Source: Acidimicrobiales bacterium (lineage in GTDB: Bacteria > Actinomycetota > Acidimicrobiia > Acidimicrobiales > CADCSY01). From it: a DNA stretch of 46,565 bases. The notes under the pieces were generated by a model. That model made no database searches. It was given only the letters and a program-made list of their open reading frames with translations, and was not told the origin of the DNA. Positions within the stretch are counted from its first letter, which is position 1. Every line of letters begins with the position of its first letter. The stretch spans positions 1 through 46,565 of the forward strand of contig JBBDQT010000066.1 of NCBI GenBank assembly GCA_040905815.1, written 5' to 3'. The position numbers and the translations under genes are program-made. Below, piece by piece: positions 30,013 to 39,337 of this stretch.

Positions 30013-31245
30013 GTGAGCATCGTTCGGACCCTGCGGTCGGTGTTGCGCTTTCGGCGGTTCGAGCTGGACTCGGCGCGGAGGCGTCTTGCCGGCGCGGCCA
30101 GCGTCGAGGACCTCCGCCGGATCGCCCGTCGTCGACTTCCTCGGGGGGTTTTCGACTACATCGATGGCGGCGCTGAGGATGAGGTGACGCTGGCTCGCAA
30201 CGTCTCGGCCTTCCGGGACCTGGAGTTCTGTCCCCGGGTGCTTCGAAATGTCGGTGCGGTGGATCCGACGACGACGCTGCTGGGTGGGACCCTCGGCTTG
30301 CCGCTGGTGCTCGCTCCGACGGGCTTCACCCGCATCGTGTTGCCCGATGGTGAGCTGGCGGCAGCGCGGGCAGCGGCGGTGGCGGGTGTCCCGTACACGC
30401 TGTCGACGTTGAGCACCCGGTCCATCGAGGAGGTCGCGGCCGTCTCGGCCGGCCGCAAGTGGTTCCAGGTGTACGTGTGGCGTGACCGGGGGTTGGTGCG
30501 CGACATGCTCGACCGGGCCGCGGCCGCGGGCTACGAGGCGATCATGATCACCGTCGACACCGCGGTCCTCGGACGGCGAGAGCGTGATGTCCGTCGGGGG
30601 TTCAGCCTCCCACCGAAGATCGCGCTCAGCACGCTGTTCGACGGCGCGCTGCACCCATCGTGGACAGGGCGCTTCATCACGGCGGAGCCGATCGTGTTCG
30701 CGAACGTGGCCGGATCGTCGGACGTGGGCGACGGGACGGACCCGGTGACGCTTGCCGACTACATCAACAGCCAGTTCGACCCTGCGTTGTCGTGGGATGA
30801 CATCGAGTGGTTCCGGGATGCGTGGCCAGGACAGGTCATCGTCAAGGGCATCCAGGGTGTTGAGGACGCGCGCCTCGCCGCGGCCGCTGGTGTCGATGCG
30901 ATCGCACTCTCGAACCACGGTGGTCGCCAGCTCGACGGTGCTCCCGTGCCGATCGAGCTCGTGGACCCGGTGGCACAGGCGCTCGGTGGGTCCACCGAGA
31001 TCATCTGCGACGGCGGGGTGCGAAGGGGCAGCGACATCGTCAAGGCGGTCGCCCTCGGCGCGACGGCATGCATGATCGGAAGGCCGTACCTCTACGCGCT
31101 CGCGGCGGGCGGTGAGGCAGGCGTGACACATCTCCTACGCGACCTCGAAGAAGGTGTCCGGCGCACCATGAGCTTGCTCGGAGCCACGAAGCTCACCGAC
31201 CTGTCACCCGACGCAATCCGACGCGTTCGGTCCGTGTCACGTTGA
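30013..31245 (+). CDS. lldD: FMN-dependent alpha-hydroxy-acid oxidase/dehydrogenase (L-lactate dehydrogenase-like)
   Basis: FDYIDGGA.DE, WFQVY, TVDT...G.RERD, SNHGGRQLD, DGGVRRG.D. Confidence 0.85.
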   Translation: MSIVRTLRSVLRFRRFELDSARRRLAGAASVEDLRRIARRRLPRGVFDYIDGGAEDEVTLARNVSAFRDLEFCPRVLRNVGAVDPTTTLLGGTLGLPLVLAPTGFTRIVLPDGELAAARAAAVAGVPYTLSTLSTRSIEEVAAVSAGRKWFQVYVWRDRGLVRDMLDRAAAAGYEAIMITVDTAVLGRRERDVRRGFSLPPKIALSTLFDGALHPSWTGRFITAEPIVFANVAGSSDVGDGTDPVTLADYINSQFDPALSWDDIEWFRDAWPGQVIVKGIQGVEDARLAAAAGVDAIALSNHGGRQLDGAPVPIELVDPVAQALGGSTEIICDGGVRRGSDIVKAVALGATACMIGRPYLYALAAGGEAGVTHLLRDLEEGVRRTMSLLGATKLTDLSPDAIRRVRSVSR

Positions 31246-31262
31246 ACCCAGGAGGGGGGAAG

Positions 31263-31775
31263 ATGCTTGCGATGGCCCACACGATCGAGGTGCAGGAGCA
31301 CGGGACGGCGGTGTCCTTCTCGCTCCAGGAGATCTTGCGCTACAGCGGGCCGGACAGCCCTGGCGGCGTGGCGCTGGGGTTGAAGGTCATGGAGCGGGCG
31401 TTCGGCATCCTCGAACCCGACGGGCTGGTGGAGCGGCGGGATGTCCTGGTGGAGACGGCCTTCCGAGGTCCCGGTGCTCGTGATGCCTGCGAGCTCGTCA
31501 CCCGCGGCCTCACCGAGGGCCGCTACGTCGTGGATCCAGCGCTCGAGCAGCCTGAGCGGGGGCACAGGCTCCGCACCTTCTGCTTCCGGGTCAGCTACCG
31601 GGACCGCACCGTCTCGCTCGCGCTGCGAGAGGGCTTCGTCACCGACGAGTTCATCCGACTGGCCCAGACAGGCGAGCTCACCGCCGAGGAGGAGCAGCGC
31701 TTCGCCACGATGAAGCAGGAGCTGGCCACCCAGCTCATGGCGACGGATGTGGCCGACGTGTTCGACGTGGAGTAG
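31263..31775 (+). CDS. Hypothetical protein, divergent FmdE-like fold
   Basis: Y-S-G...PGGVALG.K and GARDA.E.VTR parallel the FmdE motifs; purine-rich RBS. Confidence 0.55.
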   Translation: MLAMAHTIEVQEHGTAVSFSLQEILRYSGPDSPGGVALGLKVMERAFGILEPDGLVERRDVLVETAFRGPGARDACELVTRGLTEGRYVVDPALEQPERGHRLRTFCFRVSYRDRTVSLALREGFVTDEFIRLAQTGELTAEEEQRFATMKQELATQLMATDVADVFDVE

Positions 31776-31784
31776 GCCGCGCTC

Positions 31785-33566
31785 TCAGCCCGGCACCTCT
31801 CTCGATCCACCTGCGTTGGGTCCACCTGCGTTCGGTTCTCTGGCGAACCTGATCGGCGCTTCGATGAGGTGAGCCTCGGGTTCGGGCCCATCCGGCGCGA
31901 ACCACGGTGCCTGTTCCGGAGCGTCCGGGCACAGCTTCCACTTCCGGCCGACGCGCTCGACGCCGATCGGGTACAGCGTCAGGCCGCCGTCGGCCGTGAT
32001 GTGCAGGCGGAGGAAGTGCTTGAGATCCTGGTGGTGCAGCGGTGCGTACGCCTCGTTCCCGTGGATGCCGAGGCAGTTGGTGGCCCAGAGATAGCCCGAC
32101 ATCCCCAAGGTCCCGCCGATGCCACCCAGCAGCGCCACCCAGACGACGAAGGTGACCAGGGACCAAGGGCCGGGAAGGTCATGGCTGGTCGACAGGAGCG
32201 AAGCTGCGATCATGACCCCGGCAACGCTTGCCAGCTGCAGGGTCGAGTGGATCAGACCGAGCGCGAGTCGGCCGAAGCCGTCGAGGTCGTGGGCGAAGCG
32301 CACCATCCCGGCCAGGGACACCGCCACGAGCAGGATGAAGAGGAAGGCCGTCGGGCTCTCCCACACGGCACGCCAGAGGTCCCCGAGGCCGACGGCGACG
32401 TGTCGGTCCCCCAGGTGCAGGTTCATCATGAATGCCAGCAGCACGTGGACGGCCCCGAACAACGAAGCGAGCGGGAGGTTGTACGCCGGCAGCAGCCAGA
32501 TCCGTCTCCTCAGCCGTTTCGACACCGCCGGTGACGGAAACGCGGCGGCTCTCCGATAGGGGATGGCCCCGTCCGCGCCTCTCAGATCCACGCGGTCAGG
32601 GAGCTCGTGGGTCGGGTGCAGGAAGGCTCCACCGCCGCCCGCGGTGATGTGCTGACGGCAGCCGTCCTCTTCCACGTACCGCGCGTAGTGGTGCTTTCCG
32701 CTCTTGAGGTAGAGCACCAGCTCGGCGCCGCTCGGCCGGATGATCTCGCGCTCGAGGTGCTCGACGTCCCGGTCGGAGTGGATCTCCGCTTGCTTCCTCC
32801 CGCTCTCGACCTCCTTGGCCATGCACAGGACGATCCGGTCTCCGGGCGACACCTCGCCTGAGGCGATGTCGGCGAAGTACTTCAGCTGGGCTTCGTCGAT
32901 GAACGAACCGAACTGGATGTCGATGCCCCACAGCCACCAACCGTTCGGGAGCTTGAGCGCGAAGTAGCTGCGGCGCTGCCGCGTCCTCCAGCCGCCGATC
33001 CAGCGGTTGCGACAGAAGATGCTGGTGAAGTTGACGAGAGCGTCGTACCAGTCGTGGCTTCCGGGAATGGCGAAGAGCTCGGGCGCTTCGCCGGTGACGC
33101 ACGGGAGCGCCGCCCGGTAGGGACCGAGCATGCGGTTCTCGTACTCCGCGGCGGTGGGCACGGGATACACCTGGTCACCGCCCATGACGAGGATCCGTCC
33201 CCGCTCGGTGGAGTGCACCTCGCCCTCCCATTCCAGCTTCAGCCCCTCGGTGGCCAGGAGCCGGGCCACGGTGTAGGTCGAGTTCCACCCGTCGCCGAGG
33301 TCGGCGACGTAGTCGAGCCAGAGATCAGCCTCCGAAGATCGATCTGTCACCTCGGCAGGCTCCAGGGCCTGCAGCTCCCGGCTGTCTGCATAGGCGCTGA
33401 AGACGCCTGACAGCAGGACCCGGACGGTCGTGTCGAGCAGCTGGTGAGGATCGAGCCATCGCACCATCGGCCTGCGCACGAAGCCGAGCTCGGAAGGATC
33501 CGTGGAGGAGGGACGGTAGGGGCACGGCGCGCTCGCATCGGCGGACCCAGGTGACGTCGCGGACAT
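31785..33566 (-). CDS. Calcineurin-like metallophosphoesterase with C-terminal transmembrane helices
   Basis: ADLGDG, GGDQVYP, IPGSHDWYD, HHY, GGGGAFLHPTH; hydrophobic C-terminal half. Confidence 0.8.
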   Translation of the reverse strand: MSATSPGSADASAPCPYRPSSTDPSELGFVRRPMVRWLDPHQLLDTTVRVLLSGVFSAYADSRELQALEPAEVTDRSSEADLWLDYVADLGDGWNSTYTVARLLATEGLKLEWEGEVHSTERGRILVMGGDQVYPVPTAAEYENRMLGPYRAALPCVTGEAPELFAIPGSHDWYDALVNFTSIFCRNRWIGGWRTRQRRSYFALKLPNGWWLWGIDIQFGSFIDEAQLKYFADIASGEVSPGDRIVLCMAKEVESGRKQAEIHSDRDVEHLEREIIRPSGAELVLYLKSGKHHYARYVEEDGCRQHITAGGGGAFLHPTHELPDRVDLRGADGAIPYRRAAAFPSPAVSKRLRRRIWLLPAYNLPLASLFGAVHVLLAFMMNLHLGDRHVAVGLGDLWRAVWESPTAFLFILLVAVSLAGMVRFAHDLDGFGRLALGLIHSTLQLASVAGVMIAASLLSTSHDLPGPWSLVTFVVWVALLGGIGGTLGMSGYLWATNCLGIHGNEAYAPLHHQDLKHFLRLHITADGGLTLYPIGVERVGRKWKLCPDAPEQAPWFAPDGPEPEAHLIEAPIRFAREPNAGGPNAGGSREVPG

Positions 33567-33653
33567 GGGTCGGCATTCTTGCAGCGTGCGACAGCCGTCA
33601 GGCGGCGGGGCGGTCGGGCAGCGAGGTTCCCTACCGACGGCGTATCGCAGGCC

Positions 33654-34310
33654 TCAGTCCCGGCCTTCCCAGGTGCAGATGCAGGCTTCGTTGCCCTCAG
33701 GGTCGGCGAGGACCCAGAACGCGGGAGCGGCATCGTCGGAGACGAGCGTGCCGCCGGCGGCGAGCGCTGCGGCGATCCGCTGCTCGGCGGCGTCGTGTGG
33801 GACGGTGACATCGATGTGGATGCGGTTGCGCTGAGGGCGCGGGGCATCCATCTGCTGGAACCAGAAGGCAGGCGCGCGGCCGTAGGGGTCCACGCAGTCG
33901 TCGTCACGGTCGGCCTTGTAGCCGAGAACCGCCAGCCAGAAGGGCTTGACGGCCGGGATGTCGAGCGCGTCGACGGCGATCTCGAGCTGGGTGACGGCGG
34001 TCGGCTCTGCGGTGATGCCCATCTCGACGGCGATCCCTGAGATCGTGCGAGCGAGGTCGACGTCGCGGGTCGTGAGGCCGTTGGTCTGGTGGGTCGTGAG
34101 GAGGACGTGGACTCGTGGATAGGTGATCGTCAGGTCGGGATGGTGGTTCGCCTCGTCAGCCGCCGTCCCGATGCGGGCTGCGAACTCGATGCCCTTGGCC
34201 ATCCCCCCTGTGCTGAACGACGACTGGAGCGAGCGCAGCAGCACCCTCCAGTCGTCCAGCCCCTCACGCTCGTTGATCTGGCTGGCCGTGAGCTCCTCCG
34301 TCTCCTCCAT
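33654..34310 (-). CDS. Pterin-4a-carbinolamine dehydratase fused to a VOC/glyoxalase-like domain
   Basis: ANHHPDL...LTTH..GLT.RDV.LA followed by FW.AVLGY, RNRIHIDV, WVLADPEGNE; GGAGG RBS. Confidence 0.85.
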   Translation of the reverse strand: MEETEELTASQINEREGLDDWRVLLRSLQSSFSTGGMAKGIEFAARIGTAADEANHHPDLTITYPRVHVLLTTHQTNGLTTRDVDLARTISGIAVEMGITAEPTAVTQLEIAVDALDIPAVKPFWLAVLGYKADRDDDCVDPYGRAPAFWFQQMDAPRPQRNRIHIDVTVPHDAAEQRIAAALAAGGTLVSDDAAPAFWVLADPEGNEACICTWEGRD

Positions 34311-34360
34311 CCCTCCACGTTGCCAGAGTTCTCTCGTTCGACGCCGAGTAGGTTCTCCCC

Positions 34361-34777
34361 ATGGCCACGGATCAGCCCTCTCACCACGAGGTCGTCGAAG
34401 CCACCCGCGAGACGGAGGCGACGATGCCACCTCAGACGGTGCCCGTGAACGTCTACGAGACGAGCGGTGCCGTGGTGGTGCTGGCCCCGCTCCCGGCAGT
34501 GACCGCTGACGATGTCCACGTCGAGCTGCGGGGCCAGCTGCTCCGCTTCTACGCCAACCTCCGGAGCGCCGGCCCCCGGGAGTACCTCGTCCACGAATGG
34601 GAGTACGGCGGCTACGAGCGGGAGGTCGACCTTCCCGCTGGCTATGGCTCCGCCGTCGAGGCGACCCTTCAGAACGGCCAGCTCGCCATCAGGATCCTGA
34701 AGGGCGACCCACCGCCCGACGGCGTCGCCGTCAAGCCCAACGGCAGCGGCGGGAGGCCGAGCAAGCCGGGGGAGTGA
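34361..34777 (+). CDS. Hsp20/alpha-crystallin family protein
   Basis: PVNVYET, EW.YG.YER.V.LP, A.L.NG.L; TAGGTT -10 lies 6 nt upstream of the ATG (leaderless geometry). Confidence 0.8.
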   Translation: MATDQPSHHEVVEATRETEATMPPQTVPVNVYETSGAVVVLAPLPAVTADDVHVELRGQLLRFYANLRSAGPREYLVHEWEYGGYEREVDLPAGYGSAVEATLQNGQLAIRILKGDPPPDGVAVKPNGSGGRPSKPGE

Positions 34778-35021
34778 GTGGGCCGCCGGTCCGTCGCCCC
34801 TCCTGCCGCCGCGTGAGCACCCCGCCGACGACGATCTCGTGTGTGTCCATGCGCTGTCCGGTACCCGAGATGATCGACAACGTGTGCGGTCTGCGGTGTG
34901 GCGCCCGACGGCCTCGTGCTGAGCCGGGCCGCGTTCCTCCCCGACACAGAGGTGGTCCCTCTGGTGTCCTGACGTGTCGGCCTCAGGCCTGGCAACGCAG
35001 GCGTGCTCTCGGCGCGGCGTG

Positions 35022-35048
35022 GGAATGGCGTTACCTCCCCCTCGGGTT
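35022..35048 (+). promoter_or_regulatory. SigH/SigR-type ECF promoter (GGAAT-N19-GTT)
   Basis: GGAAT at 35022-26 and GTT at 35046-48, upstream of an Rv2466c-like gene; Rv2466c is a known SigH target in M. tuberculosis. Confidence 0.55.
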
Positions 35049-35089
35049 CCCCCTCACGTCCGGAGACCGACGACCGGAAGGACACGACC

Positions 35090-35755
35090 ATGGCCGAGCG
35101 AGTGCTGTTCTACTTCGATCCGATCTGCCCGTGGTGCTACCAGACCTCTCGCTGGGCGCACCGGCTCGAGGAGCGTGGCGTCATCGAGCTGGAGTGGGGC
35201 GTGTTCTCCCTCGAGCTGCAGAACGCAGGCAAGGAGCCGGAGGAGCTGGCGGCGGCGCACGCCCGGTCGGCGCGTGCGCTCCGCACCGCCATCGCGGTCC
35301 GTGACTCCGCCGGCCACCCGGCTGCCGGTGCCTTCTACAAGGCGATCGGGGAGCGGGTCCACGAGCGGGGCGAGCCGCTCGAAGACCCGGCGACGGTCGA
35401 GGCCGCCCTCGCCGATGCCGGACTCGATCCGTCGCTGTGCGAGAAGGCGTGGGCCGACGAGTCGACTGCCGAGCGGGTGGCGAGCGAGCACCGCGAGCTG
35501 TGTGAGCGGACCCGCAGCTTCGGCGTCCCGACGATCGTGCTCGACGGCGGTGACGGACCGGCCATCTTCGGCCCGGTGATCACCGACGTGCCCGACGACG
35601 ACGACGCCGAGGAGCTGTGGCGCCACGTCTCCTGGCTCATCCGCCACGACAGCTTCGCCGAGCTGAAGCGGGACCGGCTGTCGTCTCCCGACCTCGAGTC
35701 GGTGCGACGGCGGCAGCGGGAGAAGGACGAAGCGGAGGCGTCCGACCGGACGTGA
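35090..35755 (+). CDS. DsbA-fold, Rv2466c-like (mycothiol-dependent reductase family) protein
   Basis: FYFDPICPWC..TSRW, GVPT, FGPVI, F.ELKR. Confidence 0.85.
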   Translation: MAERVLFYFDPICPWCYQTSRWAHRLEERGVIELEWGVFSLELQNAGKEPEELAAAHARSARALRTAIAVRDSAGHPAAGAFYKAIGERVHERGEPLEDPATVEAALADAGLDPSLCEKAWADESTAERVASEHRELCERTRSFGVPTIVLDGGDGPAIFGPVITDVPDDDDAEELWRHVSWLIRHDSFAELKRDRLSSPDLESVRRRQREKDEAEASDRT

Positions 35756-35824
35756 GGCCGGGTGCAGCGGCCACCGACACGTCTCTCGGGTGTGGTCGTC
35801 GTCCGCGAGACGTGCTGGCGCGGG

Positions 35825-36250
35825 CTAGGAGACGTCGAATTCGATCGGTATGTGGACGGCCGAGCCGGTTGCCGGCACGACGGTCACCTCGCCTTGCCAG
35901 GTTCCCCGCATGGAGAACTTGACGTCGAAGCGGTATGTGCCGGCGGACACCTCGGTGGCCTCGCCATCGACCGATGCGTGCGACATCTCCGGCATGTCGC
36001 CGATGAAGCACATCGTGGCGTCCGTCACCGGCTGGCCGTCTCTGGTGACGAGCAGGTCGAAGAAGGTGTCGTCGACACGGGGGGGCGAGGCGAACGATGC
36101 CTCGTACGCCGCGTCCTCGGCCGAGGTGGCGGGACAGGTGTCGGCGGCGGACCCCTGCGATCCGTCACCGTCGTCGCGGAGGACGAGGAACGCCGCAGCC
36201 GCAGCCACGGCCGCCGCGACGGCGATCAGTCCCATTCTCGATCGGTCCAT
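35825..36250 (-). CDS. FixH/YtkA-like exported protein (putative copper chaperone)
   Basis: N-terminal TM, DGQPV.DA, DMPEMSH, G.Y....FSM.G.W; downstream of a multicopper oxidase. Confidence 0.75.
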   Translation of the reverse strand: MDRSRMGLIAVAAAVAAAAAFLVLRDDGDGSQGSAADTCPATSAEDAAYEASFASPPRVDDTFFDLLVTRDGQPVTDATMCFIGDMPEMSHASVDGEATEVSAGTYRFDVKFSMRGTWQGEVTVVPATGSAVHIPIEFDVS

Positions 36251-36282
36251 GTGAAGCTCCATCCTGTGTCGTCTTCGTCCGG

Positions 36283-37479
36283 CTACCTGCCGCTCTCGCC
36301 ACGCTGGTACGCGTTCTCGTGGCCCTCGTACGTCACGAAGCTCATCAGACCACCGGGTTCCACCGTGTCGTTGCCGACATGGTGGAGGATGTGGCAGTGG
36401 AACATCCAGTCGCCGGGGTCGTCGGCCACGAACTCGATGTCGTAGCGCTCACCTGAGCCCACGAGGACGGTGTCGGCCAGGTAGGGGCTCTCCAGCGGGG
36501 CACCGTCCTTGGCCACCACCAGGAACCGCTTGCCGTGCAGGTGCATGGGATGGGACTGGTAGCCGGCGTTCATGATCCGGATGAGGACGCGGTCGCCCTC
36601 GTCCACGACCATGTTCTCCGTCGCCGGGAACGACTTGCCGTTGATGGTGAACCAGTTGTACTCGGCCTGGTTGTGCCCGGCGTGGGCGACGCCCTCCCAG
36701 CCGTTGCGGCCGTCGGGGAGGCGGATCCACTCGTCGACCATCTGGATGAACTGCTTGTCGTATGCGGGGTCGTCCTTGCCCTCGATCACCATCGCACCCG
36801 AGAGTCCCATGTCCAGCTGGCGGGCCGAGTCGAAGTGGGAGTGGTACCAGAAGCTCCCGGACGGCTCGGCGGTGAACTCGTAGGTGAAGGTCTCCCCGGG
36901 TTCGATCGGGTCCTGGCTCACGCCCGGGACGCCGTCCATCTCGTTGGGCACGGCGACTCCGTGCCAGTGGATGGTGGTGGGGACGGGGAGCTCGTTGACG
37001 AGGTTGATGCGGAGGCGGTCGCCCTGGTCCACCCAGATCTCGGGGCCGGGCACCTGGCCGTCGTAGCCCCAGGCCGTCACCGTCTTGCCCGGGATGATCT
37101 CCCATTGCACCACTTCGGCGGTGAGGGTGAGCTCCTTCACACCGTCGACGACCTCGGGCTTGGCACGGACCGTGCGCTCGTCGCGCACCTGCGTGGTCGC
37201 CAGGTCGGTCTGCGCCGGGACCTCCACCTGGTCTGCCCCGTGGGCGTCGCCTTCTTCCCCATCGTGTTCTTCCCCGCCGGCTCGGGTGGATGTCGTGACC
37301 CCCGTGGGCGCTGCCCCACCGTCGTCGTCCTCGTCGCCGTCAGCGAGGAGCGCGACGGCCACGACGGCCACCGTCGCGACGGCGGCGAGCACGGCTGCGA
37401 AGCCGAGGTTGGAGAACCGTGGCCTCGGCGCCGGCGGCGGGGTCGGCTCGGTGCCGTCCTGGCGGGGTTGAGCGCTCAT
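36283..37479 (-). CDS. Two-domain multicopper oxidase with N-terminal membrane anchor
   Basis: HWHG, WYHSH, HPMHLHG, HCHILHH...GGLM copper motifs in only 398 aa. Confidence 0.9.
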   Translation of the reverse strand: MSAQPRQDGTEPTPPPAPRPRFSNLGFAAVLAAVATVAVVAVALLADGDEDDDGGAAPTGVTTSTRAGGEEHDGEEGDAHGADQVEVPAQTDLATTQVRDERTVRAKPEVVDGVKELTLTAEVVQWEIIPGKTVTAWGYDGQVPGPEIWVDQGDRLRINLVNELPVPTTIHWHGVAVPNEMDGVPGVSQDPIEPGETFTYEFTAEPSGSFWYHSHFDSARQLDMGLSGAMVIEGKDDPAYDKQFIQMVDEWIRLPDGRNGWEGVAHAGHNQAEYNWFTINGKSFPATENMVVDEGDRVLIRIMNAGYQSHPMHLHGKRFLVVAKDGAPLESPYLADTVLVGSGERYDIEFVADDPGDWMFHCHILHHVGNDTVEPGGLMSFVTYEGHENAYQRGESGR

Positions 37480-37923
37480 CGTCGTCCTCGAGTCGGCGTT
37501 CAGCTGATGTCCGGCCGCAAGCGTGAGGATGCCCTCTGGTGGGCTCGCGCCCTCGAGCGCGCTCGACTGCGGCGGTGGATCTGCGGCAAAGGGAGGGTAG
37601 CGGAGAACGCTCCCCGCATCGCCGCCAGCGCCCCGGCGAGCACGGTTGACGCTCGCCGCACCTGCGAAGAGACTTCGTGTGCGGCGGTGAAAGGTGGGAC
37701 TCGTCGGTTGTGGCGGTCAGGGTGGTCGACCGACCGAGCGTGCTGCCGACAGCGGCGCGGTCGGGACGTCCGGTGGCCGACTGGTGCGGGCAGCGTTGGG
37801 TGCAGCCGTGGCTCTTGCCCTCGGGTGCCCCAGCCAGGGCGACGGCCCGCGTGGGTCTCGGGCCGGGCGCGGCTAACGTGCGTGGGGGGCCTTTCGGCCC
37901 AAAAGGTCCGAGCAGGAGAGCTG

Positions 37924-39318
37924 GTGCAGGTGGAGACGCAGACGCGCAGCTGTGAGATGCACGGCGAAGGCACTCGCCTGTCGTGCGTCGACTGCGGGGA
38001 GCCGATCTGCCCAAGGTGCATGAACCGGACCGAGGTCGGCCTGAAGTGCAGGGCTTGCGCCGCGCCCACCGTCGTGCCTGGAGCGCTCCCGAGGTCCACG
38101 CGCCGACTCGCCCTGGTCGGCGCCGCGCTCGGCGCGGTGGTGCTGGTCGCCGCCGTGGTGCTCCTGCGCCAGCCGTCCTCGTCGCAGGACCCCGATGCTG
38201 AGGTCGTGGCACCGGTCGGGACGTGGGCCGACGCGCCCGATCTGTCGGCCATCCGGGGGACGGCCAGCGCCGTCGTCCTCGACGACGGCGCCGTGCTCGT
38301 CGCAGGTGGAGGTGTGGGCGCCCTCGCCGTCGCCGCCACCGAGATCCTGGAACCGGACGCGGACGCCTGGCAGGACGTGGGGGCGCTCGCCGAGGCTCGC
38401 CGGGGTCACCAGGCGGTGCTGCTGGACGACGGACGGGTGCTCGTGGCCGGAGGGCTCTCAGCGGGGACGCCGCTGGCATCGGCCGAGGTGTACGACCCAG
38501 GCACCCGCTCGTGGTCCCCGGTGGGGCCGATGACGGCGGCCCGCCTCGGCCACTCACTCACCGTGTTGAACAACGGGAAGGTCCTGGCCGCAGGCGGCAG
38601 CACGCTCGAGGGGGCGGAGTCGGCTGGGGGGGGACAGACGATCCGCTCGGCCGCGTCGGCGGAGCTGTTCGACCCGGAGACGGGGACGTGGACGGCGACC
38701 GGGACGATGGCGTCGGCCCGCTTCGAGCACACCGCCACGCGCCTGCGCGACGGGAGGGTCGTCCTGGCGGGCGGGCTGGGCCCGGTGGGCGGCGACGGCG
38801 GGACCGGACCGCTGTCCTCGACGGAGATCTATGATCCCGCCGCCGGTGCGTTCGTCAGCTCGACCGATCTGGGCGAGGCCCGCGCCAACCACGCGGCGGT
38901 GCTGCTGGGTGACGACTCGGTGCTCGTGACCGGCGGCGCCGGGGGAAACGCTGGCGACCTCTCGCTGGCGAGCGCCGAGGTGTTCGACGTCCGGGCCGGC
39001 ACGTGGAGCACGGTCGCGCCGATGGGGGCCACCCGCACCGGGCACACCGCCACGCGCCTCGACGACGGCCGGGTGCTCGTCATCGGCGGCGAGTCCGTCC
39101 AGCGCGGCACGAGGAGCTCGCTCACGAGCGCCGAGCTGTTCGACTTCGATGCCGGCGCGACCGGCCGCTGGGGTCCGGCGGGCGACATGGCGTGCCCCCG
39201 CAGCGAGCACGCCTCGGTCCTCCTCGGGGAGGGCAGCGTGCTGGTCGTGGCCGGCGACGCCGCCTTCCCCGGGCAGGCGCCGATCGCCCAGAGCTGCACC
39301 GAACGCTACGAACCATGA
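37924..39318 (+). CDS. B-box-like zinc finger + TM + 7-repeat Kelch beta-propeller protein
   Basis: CEMH-x7-CVDC-x4-CPRC-x9-CRAC, one TM, seven R..H.A..L.DG.VL..GG repeats; AGGAG RBS before GTG 37924/37930. Confidence 0.85.
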   Translation: MQVETQTRSCEMHGEGTRLSCVDCGEPICPRCMNRTEVGLKCRACAAPTVVPGALPRSTRRLALVGAALGAVVLVAAVVLLRQPSSSQDPDAEVVAPVGTWADAPDLSAIRGTASAVVLDDGAVLVAGGGVGALAVAATEILEPDADAWQDVGALAEARRGHQAVLLDDGRVLVAGGLSAGTPLASAEVYDPGTRSWSPVGPMTAARLGHSLTVLNNGKVLAAGGSTLEGAESAGGGQTIRSAASAELFDPETGTWTATGTMASARFEHTATRLRDGRVVLAGGLGPVGGDGGTGPLSSTEIYDPAAGAFVSSTDLGEARANHAAVLLGDDSVLVTGGAGGNAGDLSLASAEVFDVRAGTWSTVAPMGATRTGHTATRLDDGRVLVIGGESVQRGTRSSLTSAELFDFDAGATGRWGPAGDMACPRSEHASVLLGEGSVLVVAGDAAFPGQAPIAQSCTERYEP

Positions 39319-39337
39319 CACGAGTGAGGGAGATCAC

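Noticed and set aside
31806-31832. 12-bp direct repeat TCCACCTGCGTT
   Set aside because: Only a PNAGG-PNAGG duplication in a disordered C-terminal tail; not an att site or CRISPR repeat
37500-37720. Possible small minus-strand protein upstream of the multicopper oxidase
   Set aside because: No convincing start, RBS or motif; cannot be supported from sequence alone
36535-37923. 927-aa ORF suggesting a long N-terminal extension of the Kelch protein
   Set aside because: The extension is antisense to the multicopper oxidase; the RBS and zinc finger place the real start at about 37924
38240-39260. Periodic similarity that might suggest a DNA repeat array
   Set aside because: Explained by protein-level Kelch repeats; there are no identical repeats with unique spacers
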